A DNA stretch of 64,000 bases, taken from NCBI GenBank assembly GCA_001662655.1, contig KV460227.1. One strand, given 5' to 3'. A program made the position numbers and the translations under genes. Below the pieces are notes generated by a model. The model had not been told where the DNA came from, did not search any database, and worked only from the letters and a program-made list of their open reading frames with translations. The stretch comes from Pseudogymnoascus verrucosus. Taxonomy: Eukaryota. Shown one piece after another: positions 51,579-62,650 of the stretch (position 1 is its first letter; each line of letters starts with the position of its first letter).

Positions 51579-52123
51579 CTACCACCTCCCATACTGCTGC
51601 ACCTCCTGCGGCGCATCCCTCTGCTGAGGGTTATAATCCTCATGCTGTCCGTAGTGCTGGTCATACAGCTCATGGCTCTTCTCCTTGGCCTGGTGCTGGG
51701 CACGCTCCTTGTCGTAGAAGTCCATGCCCTTGGTCTCGGCAAGGCGGTCGACCTCAGCACCGGCGAGGCCGGCGAGGAGCTCCTTGGCGAACTGGTGGGA
51801 GACGGGCTTGCCGTCTTTGCGCTGCTTGTCCTCGAAGGCTGGGGGGGTGGGTTAGCTTTGTTTGGGGGGGGGGGGGGTGGGGGTTTGGGGGGTGGGGGGG
51901 AAGCTTACCCTTGAAGCCAGCGAAGGCGGCGGCACCGGCGATGGCCTCGTGGGAGAACTTGGCCTCGTTGGGAGTGTTGTCGTTAGTGTTGTAGGCCTGT
52001 TGGTAGTCGTCGTGGGCGTCGCCTAGGAGGTGTTAGAGGGTGGCCATGGATGGAGGGGGAAGGGGTAGGAGGGCGGGTTCAGGAAGTGAGAGGTTAGATT
52101 AGAGACTCACCGAATCCGAACAT
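51579..52123 (-). CDS. CipC-like protein (DUF3759)
   Basis: Three exons: MFGF|GDAH...KFSHEAIAGAAAFAGFK|AFEDKQRKDGKPVSHQFAKELLAGLAGAEVDRLAETKGMD; not called in ORF track. Confidence 0.9.
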
Positions 52124-53110
52124 GATTGCGGTTGATTTAAGAGAAGTGTTTCTTAAAAGGGTATTGGGTATTAGAGTTGGAAATTGAAGTGAAATATGAA
52201 GCTGGTGATAACTAATTGACGGGAAGGAGGGAGGAGAGAGGAAGGACAGAGAGCAACGGGGTGAGGCAGGGTATTTAAGCTGTAAGCTGGAGGGGGATAC
52301 GAGTAGCACCGCCGCCGTGAGTACGCGTGGATTGATTCACGTTTCGAGTGGTTGGGCTGGTGGATTCATGGATTCGTCACGGTTAGAGCGGCCGGAAGGT
52401 GGCTTCCAATGAGGGAATTGAATCAGGACCATTAGGACAACCCCCATCCCTAAGTCACCGTGCAGCGGCTATTAGCTAACCATTGAAGGGGGGGGGGGGG
52501 TTGAGGAGGTTGAGGTATAATGTACAACTACGTAGCACGTCAGTTATGTCTGGTCTTCGGTATTCGATACTTCATTATGCTAGCTTACCGTCCCCCTTCG
52601 TGCCCCTCGACAGCTGAAACTAGGGAAACGGGAAGAAGAAGGGGGATAATCCTGTTTGTCGGTTTGTCTATTTAGAGCGGTCAATGCAATAAATAGCGTG
52701 TGGATCTTCGATAGTCCAACCAGTCGTCCAACAGGGCCAAACAACGGGCGGGTAGGACAGCTGAAAACACGCAACATCGAGTCAGCGAGGGGTGCATTCT
52801 CTGCGGGTTTGTAGGGGTATAATATGGCATATATAATACACTAGAAGCCTCTCTATAAACTAGGATATAATAGACAGAATATGAGAATAAATAGCACTTA
52901 AACTCCGTAGAGATAGATATTGTCTCTTCGATGATCTAAATCGATCTGCGCAACTGTGCTCCATGTGCTCCATGTGCTCCATCTACCCCGCTATCATGCT
53001 GTATTATACCCAGTCATTCCACATTCTACGCTGACCGGCCACAAGCCAAGCAACAAAGGGCCGCCTCGGCAGATTTCTTGGCTAAAGCTTAGCATTGCTT
53101 AGTATAGACG

Positions 53111-53213
53111 ATCACGTGATATAAATAGCTTCAACTGATCATGTCACGTGATATATATAACCCCACGATTGAAAATCACGTGTTACACATATCTGATTTT
53201 GATATCACGTGCC
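53111..53213. promoter_or_regulatory. Four TCACGTG E-boxes
   Basis: CACGTG cores at 53113, 53145, 53177, 53206, ~80-180 bp upstream of ATG 53290. Confidence 0.7.
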
Positions 53214-53289
53214 ATCCCTCCCAACTCACCATCTTTCATCAACTCCCATCTCAGCTCACTCAGAAGCTCAGAGAGACACAAAAATCAAC

Positions 53290-54081
53290 ATGCCGGCCCT
53301 CCCAACACCCTCCCACTTCGCCTCCCACCCTTCCCTCGCATCATCCATCCTCATCACCCCGCCACCGACCCCCACCACCCCGCCACGCTCAGTCCTCATC
53401 CTTCTCCACGGCCTGGGCGACACAAACGCCCCTTTCCACAATCTCGCTTCCCAGCTCTCTCTGCCACATACGGCATGCATATCACTGCGTGCGCCGTCGC
53501 CTATCCCCGCTCTCATGACTGGGACAGACGAGACGGGCTTTCACTGGGGCGATGACCTGTCGCTGGATTCGCGGACGGGGGCTTTGGATTTCGATGCTGG
53601 GTTTTCGACGGCTGCGAGGCCGTTGGGGGAGTTACTGGGGGTGTTGATGGGTGAGTGTGGGTTTGTGGCGCGGGATGTGCATTTCTTGGGTTATGGGCAG
53701 GGAGGGATGGTTGCGTTAGCTGTGGTGGAGGCGTGGCCTGGTGTTGAGTTTGGGGGGGTGATAGTGGTGGGGAGTGGGATTGCGGGGTCGAAGAGTGCGA
53801 TGGGGGGGGTTAGGGGGTATGTGAGTTCGCTTGTCGTCGGGGAGGGGAAGGCGAGGACGCCGGTGTTGGTGTGTGGGGGGAGTAGTGGGACGGTGGTTAC
53901 GGCGGGGGTGGTGAGGGAGGTCAAGGAGAGGTTTGGGGCGGTGGAGTATGTGAAGTGGGAGAGGGGGGGAGATGGGATGCCGAGGAGTAGAGGGGAGATG
54001 ATGGCGTTGATGAGGTTTTGGGGGAGGAGGATTAGGGGGCCTGTGCCGGAGGGGATGGAGGAGGTGGGTGGGGTGGCGTAG
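53290..54081 (+). CDS. Phospholipase/carboxylesterase-fold protein with degenerate active site
   Basis: LILLHGLGD, GFHWGDD, FLGYGQGGM, WERGGDGMPRSRGEM. Confidence 0.85.
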   Translation: MPALPTPSHFASHPSLASSILITPPPTPTTPPRSVLILLHGLGDTNAPFHNLASQLSLPHTACISLRAPSPIPALMTGTDETGFHWGDDLSLDSRTGALDFDAGFSTAARPLGELLGVLMGECGFVARDVHFLGYGQGGMVALAVVEAWPGVEFGGVIVVGSGIAGSKSAMGGVRGYVSSLVVGEGKARTPVLVCGGSSGTVVTAGVVREVKERFGAVEYVKWERGGDGMPRSRGEMMALMRFWGRRIRGPVPEGMEEVGGVA

Positions 54082-54526
54082 GGGTGGTGGGGAGAAGCTT
54101 GGATTGGTGCTTTCGGGTTGTAATGGCAGGCGGGATCGTGATTCATGGCGTAGGATACGGGGTACAGGATGGGAAAAGTCACGCATAGTAGGGCGATATA
54201 GGCAGGAGGTGCTACAAATAATCCACACCTGAAGATCACAGACTGTAATACCATTAAATAGTACAGCCGGGAAGAAGCTATCAGCCGCGAAATAGCCACC
54301 AGAGGGAAAGAGCTATCGGTGGGAAGGAGCTATGGGTGCATTGATGCTTGGTGGCGGCAGGAGCATTCCCCAGATCGCTCCTGCTACTTTTGCCTTTCCA
54401 TATTTGTGGAAGGAGCGTTTGTGTGGTCGCTCCTGCTGCTTCTATTGCCCCAACCATTACGCCACAACATGCTATATCCTAACTTTTCACCCCAGTTGCT
54501 CACTATTTCAGCAGAACCAACACCTC

Positions 54527-55499
54527 TTATTCAACCCTCGCCCTCTTCGCCCCCTGATCATCACCTTCCTCACTCCTGCCATTCTCCCTCTTTCCATCCG
54601 CATTCTCCTCCCCCTCCTCCTTGTCTCCATCACGGCCGATCCACTCTCCTTCAGGCGTGAAGAAATCTCCCACATTCTCAGCCGTGATCCAACCCCCACT
54701 CCCTGGGAATGGTGGTGGTAGCCCCTCATCACCAGGCAGACTGACCACTCCTGGTAGCCCGCTAATACCCTCGTATCCGACTGAGCCCTCGAAGACGATA
54801 CGGTCCGTTTCTCCCATCTCCTCGTCTGAGTCCGCGGCGTCGGGGTGTAGATTCGAGCAAGCTGATACGGCGGCGAAGAGGGTCTTGATGGGCTCTTCAG
54901 TCGTGGTGGGCTGCGCTTGGGTCGGGGGAAGGAGGATCAGCTCGACTGGGTCCATCATCTCGTCCTCGTCATTCGGCGGCGCGAGATCAAGCTGCATGTA
55001 GAGGCCCTGCACTGTCTCGCCGTCGGCTTCGGGGGTGGGGGATGGGAGGCGCTGGATGGCGTGGAGGGTTATGGATTGGTATGGGATTTCGACGCCGGTG
55101 GAGGTGGCTGCGGAGAAGAGGGTGAGGTTTCTAGGGATGTTAGATTTGCTATGATTCCTGCAGTGGTAGAAAGGGGTCTTACGAGCTGCTGACGTAGATA
55201 TCTACCGGGAATACCTTTTGGGCTGCAGGTTGGGTTGCCGCATCGCCATTGGTATTCTCCTCGGCTTTATCTCCGTTGGCGGCTGCCTGCGCATTGGTTT
55301 CCACGCTGTTTTGCGCCGAGGTGAATATTGGGAGAGCGGACAGATGCTCGGGCGCAATTAGAGCGCGCGCATTCGGGCCGTGGTAGTGGAGGACGGGTGT
55401 TTCGCTGAAAAAGGTGCTCGGGGTGGTTGATTGGTGTTCGGTGAGCGGGGTGAAGGAGTCGAGGGATGGCGGGGCGTGGATGGTCGTGGGGAGCTGCAT
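54527..55499 (-). CDS. pICln/Lot5-like (Voldacs domain) protein
   Basis: FTPLTEHQSTTPSTFF, IPYQSITLHAIQ, GLYMQL, LFAAVSACSNLHPD, GWITAEN; one intron. Confidence 0.85.
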
Positions 55500-55871
55500 C
55501 TTGCTTAGAGGTGAGGTGTTGGGCGCTTCGATCTGTAAATCCCCTTTGAACTTGAATAGAGAGGAGGAAAACTGAAGGTAAACCGACAGCTAGTTTGCGA
55601 CAGCTTGTTTATGGCAGTTCCGTTGCTGTCGTTGACTTCATTGTCTGACTTCCCTGCAGCCACCTATATTTGTTATCTTATCAGATCGTGGTGGTGGGCA
55701 TTAGCGGCATTTCGCGACCAATTCGTCACTGGCGGGCGCCAAGTGCGACCGTGAATTTATAGAGTTACATGCATCCACGGAATCAGAGCTGATTTGTTTG
55801 CTCAAGTGCAACATTAGATCTCTCTAGATTGCTCCATATGCGACAACTAATCACTACAAGAGACTTTAGAA

Positions 55872-56699
55872 ATGGCTACTCCTACTTCTGACACCCCCAA
55901 CAAACCGCAGGACTTCGAAGAGAGTGCGGGCGACCACCCTGCCTCAACGGAGCCAGCCCAAGATAACGCCACATCAAACTCAGAATCACTACCGACTGAG
56001 ACTGAGTCGCCGGAAGAACCCACAGTAGCACCGACATCACGGAAGGGAAAGGAGCCCGAAGACACATCCGCGCCTCCTCTCCCCGACGAAGAACCTCCCC
56101 TCCCGGACGAGGAGCCCCCAGCACAAGAAGAGGAGGAAGACGACGGCTGGGCGCCAGTATGGGATGCTACGGCGGGGTCATTCTACTTCTACAACCGCTT
56201 CACACAAGCGACACAATGGGAGAACCCGCGTGTGCCCGACGCGACGGCAGCGCCTGCCGTGGCACCTGGAGTCGATGCGCCCACGCCCATACCAGAAGAA
56301 GCCCCGCCGCGGCCTGCTGCTGGTGGGTATGACCCTGCGATCCATGGCGACTACGATGAGACGGCGTGGTATGCACAACCTGCTGAGGCGGCTCCCGCAG
56401 CCGCAGACGCGAGCATGGTCGATCCGACAGCGGCGTATGCGGCTACGGGGGCGTTCAATAGGTTTACAGGTCGCTGGCAGGCCGCGGACTTGACGCCGGA
56501 GAACTTCAATGATGAGAATAAGAGTAAGCGGCAGATGAACGCGTTCTTTGATGTTGATGCGGCGGCGAATAGCCATGATGGGCGGAGTCTGAAGGCGGAG
56601 AGGAGCGGGAAGAAGCTGAGTAAGAATGAGGTGAAGCAGTTTAAGCAGAAGAGGAAGGCGAGGAAAGAGGAGAAGCGGAGGGCGTGGTTGTTGGATTGA
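55872..56699 (+). CDS. WW domain protein
   Basis: GWAPVWDATAGSFYFYNRFTQATQWENP; basic C-terminus with FNRFTGRWQ and KRQMNAFFD. Confidence 0.88.
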   Translation: MATPTSDTPNKPQDFEESAGDHPASTEPAQDNATSNSESLPTETESPEEPTVAPTSRKGKEPEDTSAPPLPDEEPPLPDEEPPAQEEEEDDGWAPVWDATAGSFYFYNRFTQATQWENPRVPDATAAPAVAPGVDAPTPIPEEAPPRPAAGGYDPAIHGDYDETAWYAQPAEAAPAAADASMVDPTAAYAATGAFNRFTGRWQAADLTPENFNDENKSKRQMNAFFDVDAAANSHDGRSLKAERSGKKLSKNEVKQFKQKRKARKEEKRRAWLLD

Positions 56700-57390
56700 G
56701 GGTACAAGGCTGGGAAGGGAAAAAGGGAATGGGCAGTCGGTTTTTTTCAGGGGCGTTGGATGCATAGTTCCCAGCAATGGTTGGGTTTCTGCTGCGGAGT
56801 TTTGCACATGGGAACACTTCCTTGCAATACCTGAGACGGCCTCGGATATATGGACATTAGGGGGCTCGACTAATACTCGGCGGGATGATGGGAAGACATA
56901 TGATGGTATTAAAGAGTTTATAGTGATACCAAAGCGAATACCTCCACCAACTTCGTCTGTTCTCAATACACAAATATACAATACAGTGATGCGATATGAC
57001 CCGTTCCAACCGCATGACTCCAAGCCACCACTTCCAGATGCATTCGCATTTGCGAGCCAACGAGCCACTCTCTCAAATCCCTAGCAAATATAGTCCTTTA
57101 GAGCCCCCACAACAATTAAAACATTACCAAATCCATCACAAGCGGTCATAGGCGAAGCTGATTTCCCCGCATAGAATAACCCGTCCTGCCGGCTCCTGCT
57201 CTCAGCTACACGCCAATTGATACAAACGCGTGGTTGCAGACTTTCCAGTGACCAGTCGCCCTCAAAATGCCATCACGGTGGACTCCAAAGTCATGTGCGT
57301 CGCGTCAAGTATGACAACTTCTCCGCATCGAAGATAAATAGATCCCACGTGACGACTCGGGACCCAATTCTCCACTGATCAACACGGCAC

Positions 57391-57871
57391 CTAATGACAG
57401 CTCTTCCCCGACGTTTCAGCAGAGGCGCCCGGATGGGACAAGTTCAAGATCATTGGGAGGATTAGGAGGAACCCCGACATGAGTGCCCTGAGCACGTTGC
57501 GGTTGGTGGCGCCCTCCCGACGGAAGCTATCCATGAGCACCCACACGGTGATCGCTGCGAAAATGGGCTTCAGATGGCCGATGGACGCCACTGAGGCGGA
57601 GCCAATGGAGGTGAGATCAAGGAGAGTCTGGTGGGGTTAGAAGATGCGCGATCAAAGGTGGACGGGAACAGCCTACAGGAAGCCAGCAGCATGAGCTGTG
57701 GAGGAGCGCGGATAGAACCGGGGATATTGTTGGGATACGGAAAGCGAGGCTCTCTTGCTTGTTGGCGGAGTCAGGGGAGGATGCATCAGCCTTGTCGGGC
57801 GAAGACGAGGCCTCCTTCGGTTTGTCGCAGCACGAAGGCGTGGCTTTTTGACTGGTCTTAGATTTTGCCAT
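57391..57871 (-). CDS. Small membrane protein with vicinal Cys pairs, MerT-like
   Basis: Exons 57871-57677 and 57627-57391 joined in frame by a 49-nt GTAGGC...CTAAC...CAG intron, giving 143 aa with LHSSCCWLPTLL...HLKPIF and three hydrophobic segments. Confidence 0.65.
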
Positions 57872-59494
57872 GGTAGTGAGTGAGTTAACGCGGTGGATTA
57901 AATTGGTGGTCAAGTTTGAAGAAGATTTTACGATATTATACAGCTAGTCTTTTATAATGGGTGGTGGTCTCGAAGACGCGGAACTCAATATGTGTCTCGA
58001 TAGCCGTCCATCCAATCAAAGCACCCATGTGTTGGTACGCCACAGCGTCTTTCACTAGCACCGAGTTATTTGTGCGGCTTGGCGTCTGTCACTGGTGCTG
58101 AGTTATTTGTGCCCTTTTATACCATTACATGTACGGCACAGGTAGTGAACAATATTCATTTTAAAAGCAGAATGGACACGCAGCTTAATAGATTTGTGGG
58201 CTCATATACGAGGAATGTTGAATTCCGAGAGAAATCATGTTTAATTGCTTGATGCCCCATCCAACCCAACCTAAAATGCTACCACTCCCCGTCACTCTCA
58301 CATTCTCACAACAGTACATCCATGGTTTATAATTATTTATCTTGAGTGCAGTCACGGTTAGCAACAAGGTTCAACTGTTTCTCTTCCTATAGGTAATTTT
58401 CTCAGATTAGCAATGAACCCCGTAAAGTTGAAGTTGCCAAGAAACAGCGAAGAAAGACCTACCCTGTTCACATCAAAATATGCTGCATTGCAAGTGGCTT
58501 TGAAACCATTCTGGAGACAGCCAAATTTTTGTGGGTATTCACCTACGGTGTATGATTGGCTTAGTCCAGTTTTACAAGAAAGATCGCGGTATTCGGGTTA
58601 TTTTATTCTACAGGCAAGCCAGGATGGGGGAAGGAGATAGATTAGACTGCACAGACTTACATCGCAATATTTTGTTGGTGGTGTGAACTGAACAGCAGGC
58701 TGGGATAGTCTTTTTCTGGGCAAGTGCACCGCCGACGAGAAGGGCAGACGCTGCTACGCTGAAAACATTGGGGCCCAACATTATTCGGAAGTGTTGGAAA
58801 TAGTTGTTGAAATTTTGTTAGTGGAATTAGTGTATGCTGTTGATTGTGGCAGAAGGAGGCGCCGTGCAGAGGGATTTCTCATATCATTTATACTTTTCTC
58901 CGGGCTCTACTGAAACACCACAAACTGCTCCATCTTGGGCTCTTCTCCGCCCAGGCCGTAGATTGCAGTCATCTGGGCCATTTTAAATATCGTGGCGTCA
59001 ATTATCCGACTCCTACAAGTAGGACGAGTATTTGTGGGAGCTGAATTGAGTTGAGACAATGTGAAGCGGCCGTAAATGGGGCAGCGATCGCCGGACCACC
59101 GCACTCAGGGCTGGCTTTTGTGAGAGCTGAGTTAAGACAAATTAAAGCTGAGTTTATACAAAATTAAGCTTTTATATGGCCAGCGATGTCTCGGTTTACG
59201 TTTTGAGATACAGTATTATTCTCTATGGGTAACGATAGAGGAACGGATTCGGACGAAGGTGGTTGACAGCTGGAACCCATTTGTTCAAAATTGGCCGTTA
59301 ATGGAATGCTTGGCTTCTCCCTTCATATATCTATGGGTTATATTAAGCCCATTGATTCACATTGGTAGGTCTGACGTACTTGACTCGTATAAGGTTTAAT
59401 GGAGCAAGCTGCAGTTTCTTGTTGCCCACATATAAAGGGGAAAGGGCAGACGCAAAACAGATCTCTGCGGAGCATGGTTTCTCAAAAAGTCGGA

Positions 59495-60814
59495 TTAATT
59501 AAATATTACATTTTGAGGATTTAAAACTATCCCTTTCATAGACACTATCATTAACACAGGTCGTCATAATGACAATGTCAGTATTCACTCACCCTTCGGA
59601 TCATAGTATTCCTGCCTTCTCTCGCTGCGGCTGCGCTCGAGAAAGTCGAGTGGTGCTGGCCCTAAAAGCGCTGTGATATGTGCCATGTGATACAAACTAT
59701 CAGGGACACCATCAGGTCCTCTTGTGTTGAACATATTCTTGTCCTCAAACAAATCCCAAATCTAAAGGAAAGGGCAAAGTCAACTGGACGCTCATACAAA
59801 TGAAATAGAACACGGCTGGTACTTACCATGACACCTACATTCCAGATATCGACTTTGTAGCTCCATGGCATGTCCATAATTACTTCAGGGGCCCGGTACT
59901 GGAATGGCTGAATATCATCATCATAAGTCTGCTGACCTATTCTAGCTTCTCCAAAATCCGTGATTACTGGTCGCCCTGGATTTTTTGTAATCACCAAGTC
60001 TCTTGATTTGTAGATAATGCGGTCTCCATCAACTTTCCGTGGACTTGGATGTCTCAACTCGCTCCTCGCAAATTCCTCGAGGATGGAGTCATCCTCGATA
60101 CCTAGGATTATATTTCTCTCCTGTAAGTCTGCAAATCTGTTAGGAACAAACGACATCATTAGTTTTATGAACCGCGTATCTTTCTTACCTGTGTGTACCA
60201 TGTTCGCTTCCGAATGCAGGAAATCGAGCGCCAGAAAAATATGGACAAGAGCAGGTTTCAACACATTCACAGGGAGCCTTCGATTTGGGCATTTACTTCG
60301 TAACTGGGCCAAACTTATTGACAACGGTTTATGCACAATACATGGATATTTTCCATGTGCATTGCTGATATCAAATGAGTCGGCCATGTCCCGAATAAGT
60401 AGAGCACCAACGTGACTTGTTGCGAGAGTGTCCAGGTGTTTGTAGACATCGATCCCTCTTCTGACTTGTTCGCATTCCAGTCTGCAAACTTTCACAGTAA
60501 CATATTTATGCTCCCTATACTAACGGTCAGTAATATATCCTGTATATTAGGGAAATACAAACCTACTTCAAGTCTCTGGAAAGCCATGCTGTTGAGTTTC
60601 CGCCGTACCCTAGTTTCCCAATAACTGGGTATCTAGCATTTAAAACCTCACCAATATTAATGGGAAAGAATTGAGCTGGTGAATAATGTGGAAGCGTCTC
60701 CTCTTCTATCAGCTGTCCCTTGTTAAGCACATGGAAGCCTGCGATAGGGATCTGGTGGAGAGGCGATGGTGGTCGTTTTAGAAACAGTTGCGCTAACCTG
60801 GAAATAGAGTTCAT
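59495..60814 (-). pseudogene. SRPK-like (CMGC) protein kinase with degenerate last exon
   Basis: KLGYGGNSTAWL, VTVKV, HT|DLQERN, DFG, YRAPEV, DIWNVG intact; the last exon reaches a stop at 59497-59495 before the C-terminal subdomain. Confidence 0.6.
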
Positions 60815-62179
60815 GATTCAGGCTCGCACATTATTACAATATAGGTGAGTATGATTACTCTGAGGTATGTAACAAACAGTCATTGCTATTGGAATAATGC
60901 GAGTTGAACTGCGTGAGTATTTGTAGATGCTGTTGGGAAGGGGTTTGAGGCACGGACCTGTTGGAGGTGGTTGGGGAATATGGTGTTCCACGCCCAAAAA
61001 CGGGTGATAATACCCGGTATCCCAAAGAATCCCAATGCGCAGACGCTGCCCACGAGTATCACAAGTAAATACAGTATATGGATACATAAAATTGATTGAA
61101 CTATCTATCTATCTTGATGGGCTACTTGACTATATACTAGATTTCTAGGAGGTGGCTGAAACCCCAAGTTCCGCTCTTTCGTCAGCTGGTCACCAAACCA
61201 GTAAGCCAAATGTCATAGGCATATGAAACGCCTAAACCAAAGGCCATTTCCTGGCAAATCCTAGATCATCCATAGAATCTCTGACAGAGGTAAAGTCCCA
61301 CAGTCAATATCATGTGCTCGAGCCAACCAGGAGTTTGGACTGCATGCAGATGATGACATTGTGAAGGACACAATATTATATGGGAATGTTTTGATAGGGG
61401 AATGGATGGGTTGGTCCTAGCTTAAATAGCGAATTTAGAAACTTTTCACATGCCTCTGAGTCTCTGTACCATATCACTATGCGCCTTGAAAATCGGAATA
61501 AAGGAGAATATCATTCCATTGACACAAAATACAGTATAGTTCACGTGGGGCTCCTTTCGTCGGGGTGTCTATTAGACGTGGCGAGGGAGTGGAGAATTTC
61601 CATCAGATATCGGCACAATGTCAGTCACCGACTATACGCTTGTAACCCCAGAATTAAGGAAAGCTAGAAACCTACCAATAAAAAACGTGATGTGTACGTG
61701 TCTATGTGGGTTCTCCTTTCGTTGGTGTTCCCACGAGATGGGGCGAGAGAGAGAGTGAACCCTGATTATCCCTTAATTCTAGAAATCACGCGTGAACAGC
61801 AGGAATATTGGAGAAACAGAGCTTTACCCGCGACAAAGTGCAACACAGAGCTCGTGGGGGTCTCCATAACCGGTGTTCTCGTAGGACGTGACAAGTGCAT
61901 GATAGTATACACCAGCCTCCTTTTATTCTAGATATTTACACCCCGACACAGTGCTGCTGTACACCTAGCCCCCCCACAAGCAAAGGGGCAATCGATATAT
62001 TCTTACAGAAATTGCACTTCACTCGAACCATAGTAGATCACTTATAGGTTCGCAGACGATGTAAATGGCTCAATCCGCTGGTAGCCGGCTCTGTCTCAAT
62101 ACTGTAGATAGCCGCCCGATCTTAGGGGCGATGAGATCGTTCAGTTGCCGGCGGTGAGTGGCACTTCCAAACAAATCGC

Positions 62180-62650
62180 AAATGTCCAACAGCGCAAAGC
62201 AAGATGCTGCCTTGATAATCTGCTGTGGTACCGGCAGAGCAAGTGCATATACCCATCTGTGCGGAGCACGATGCTGTCGCCCCAATTGAGTGTAGCACGA
62301 GCATAGGGAGCTCATATATCCAACCATGCCAAACATAATGCTGATAGATACTCTGTGGTGATACAGCGCGAACGCCTATACCCAACTGTGATAAGTACGA
62401 TGCTGCCGCCTCAATTGCGTGAGGTGGTACAGGCATAGCGCGCGCTATAGCCAACCGTGTTGAGCACGATGCTGCGGACTTAGCTAGCTGCCGTGGTGAC
62501 ACTAGTAATGCGAGCAATACGGCTAACCATGCTAAGCACGATATGCCATCGATGAGCTGTTGTGTAACAGCGAAAGCAATGCAGATACCCAGCTGTGCTG
62601 AGAACGATGCTGCGGCGTCGGTTGTCTGTAGCGATACTGGAAGCGATTGT
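62180..62650 (-). repeat. Degenerate ~66-nt tandem repeat, probably a decayed repeat-protein ORF
   Basis: GATGCTG-like anchors at 62203, 62270, 62337, 62399, 62468, 62540, 62606. Confidence 0.65.

Noticed and set aside
61350..61460. ATGATGA...CTGA pair resembling a C/D snoRNA
   Set aside because: No clean terminal stem and no recognisable rRNA antisense.
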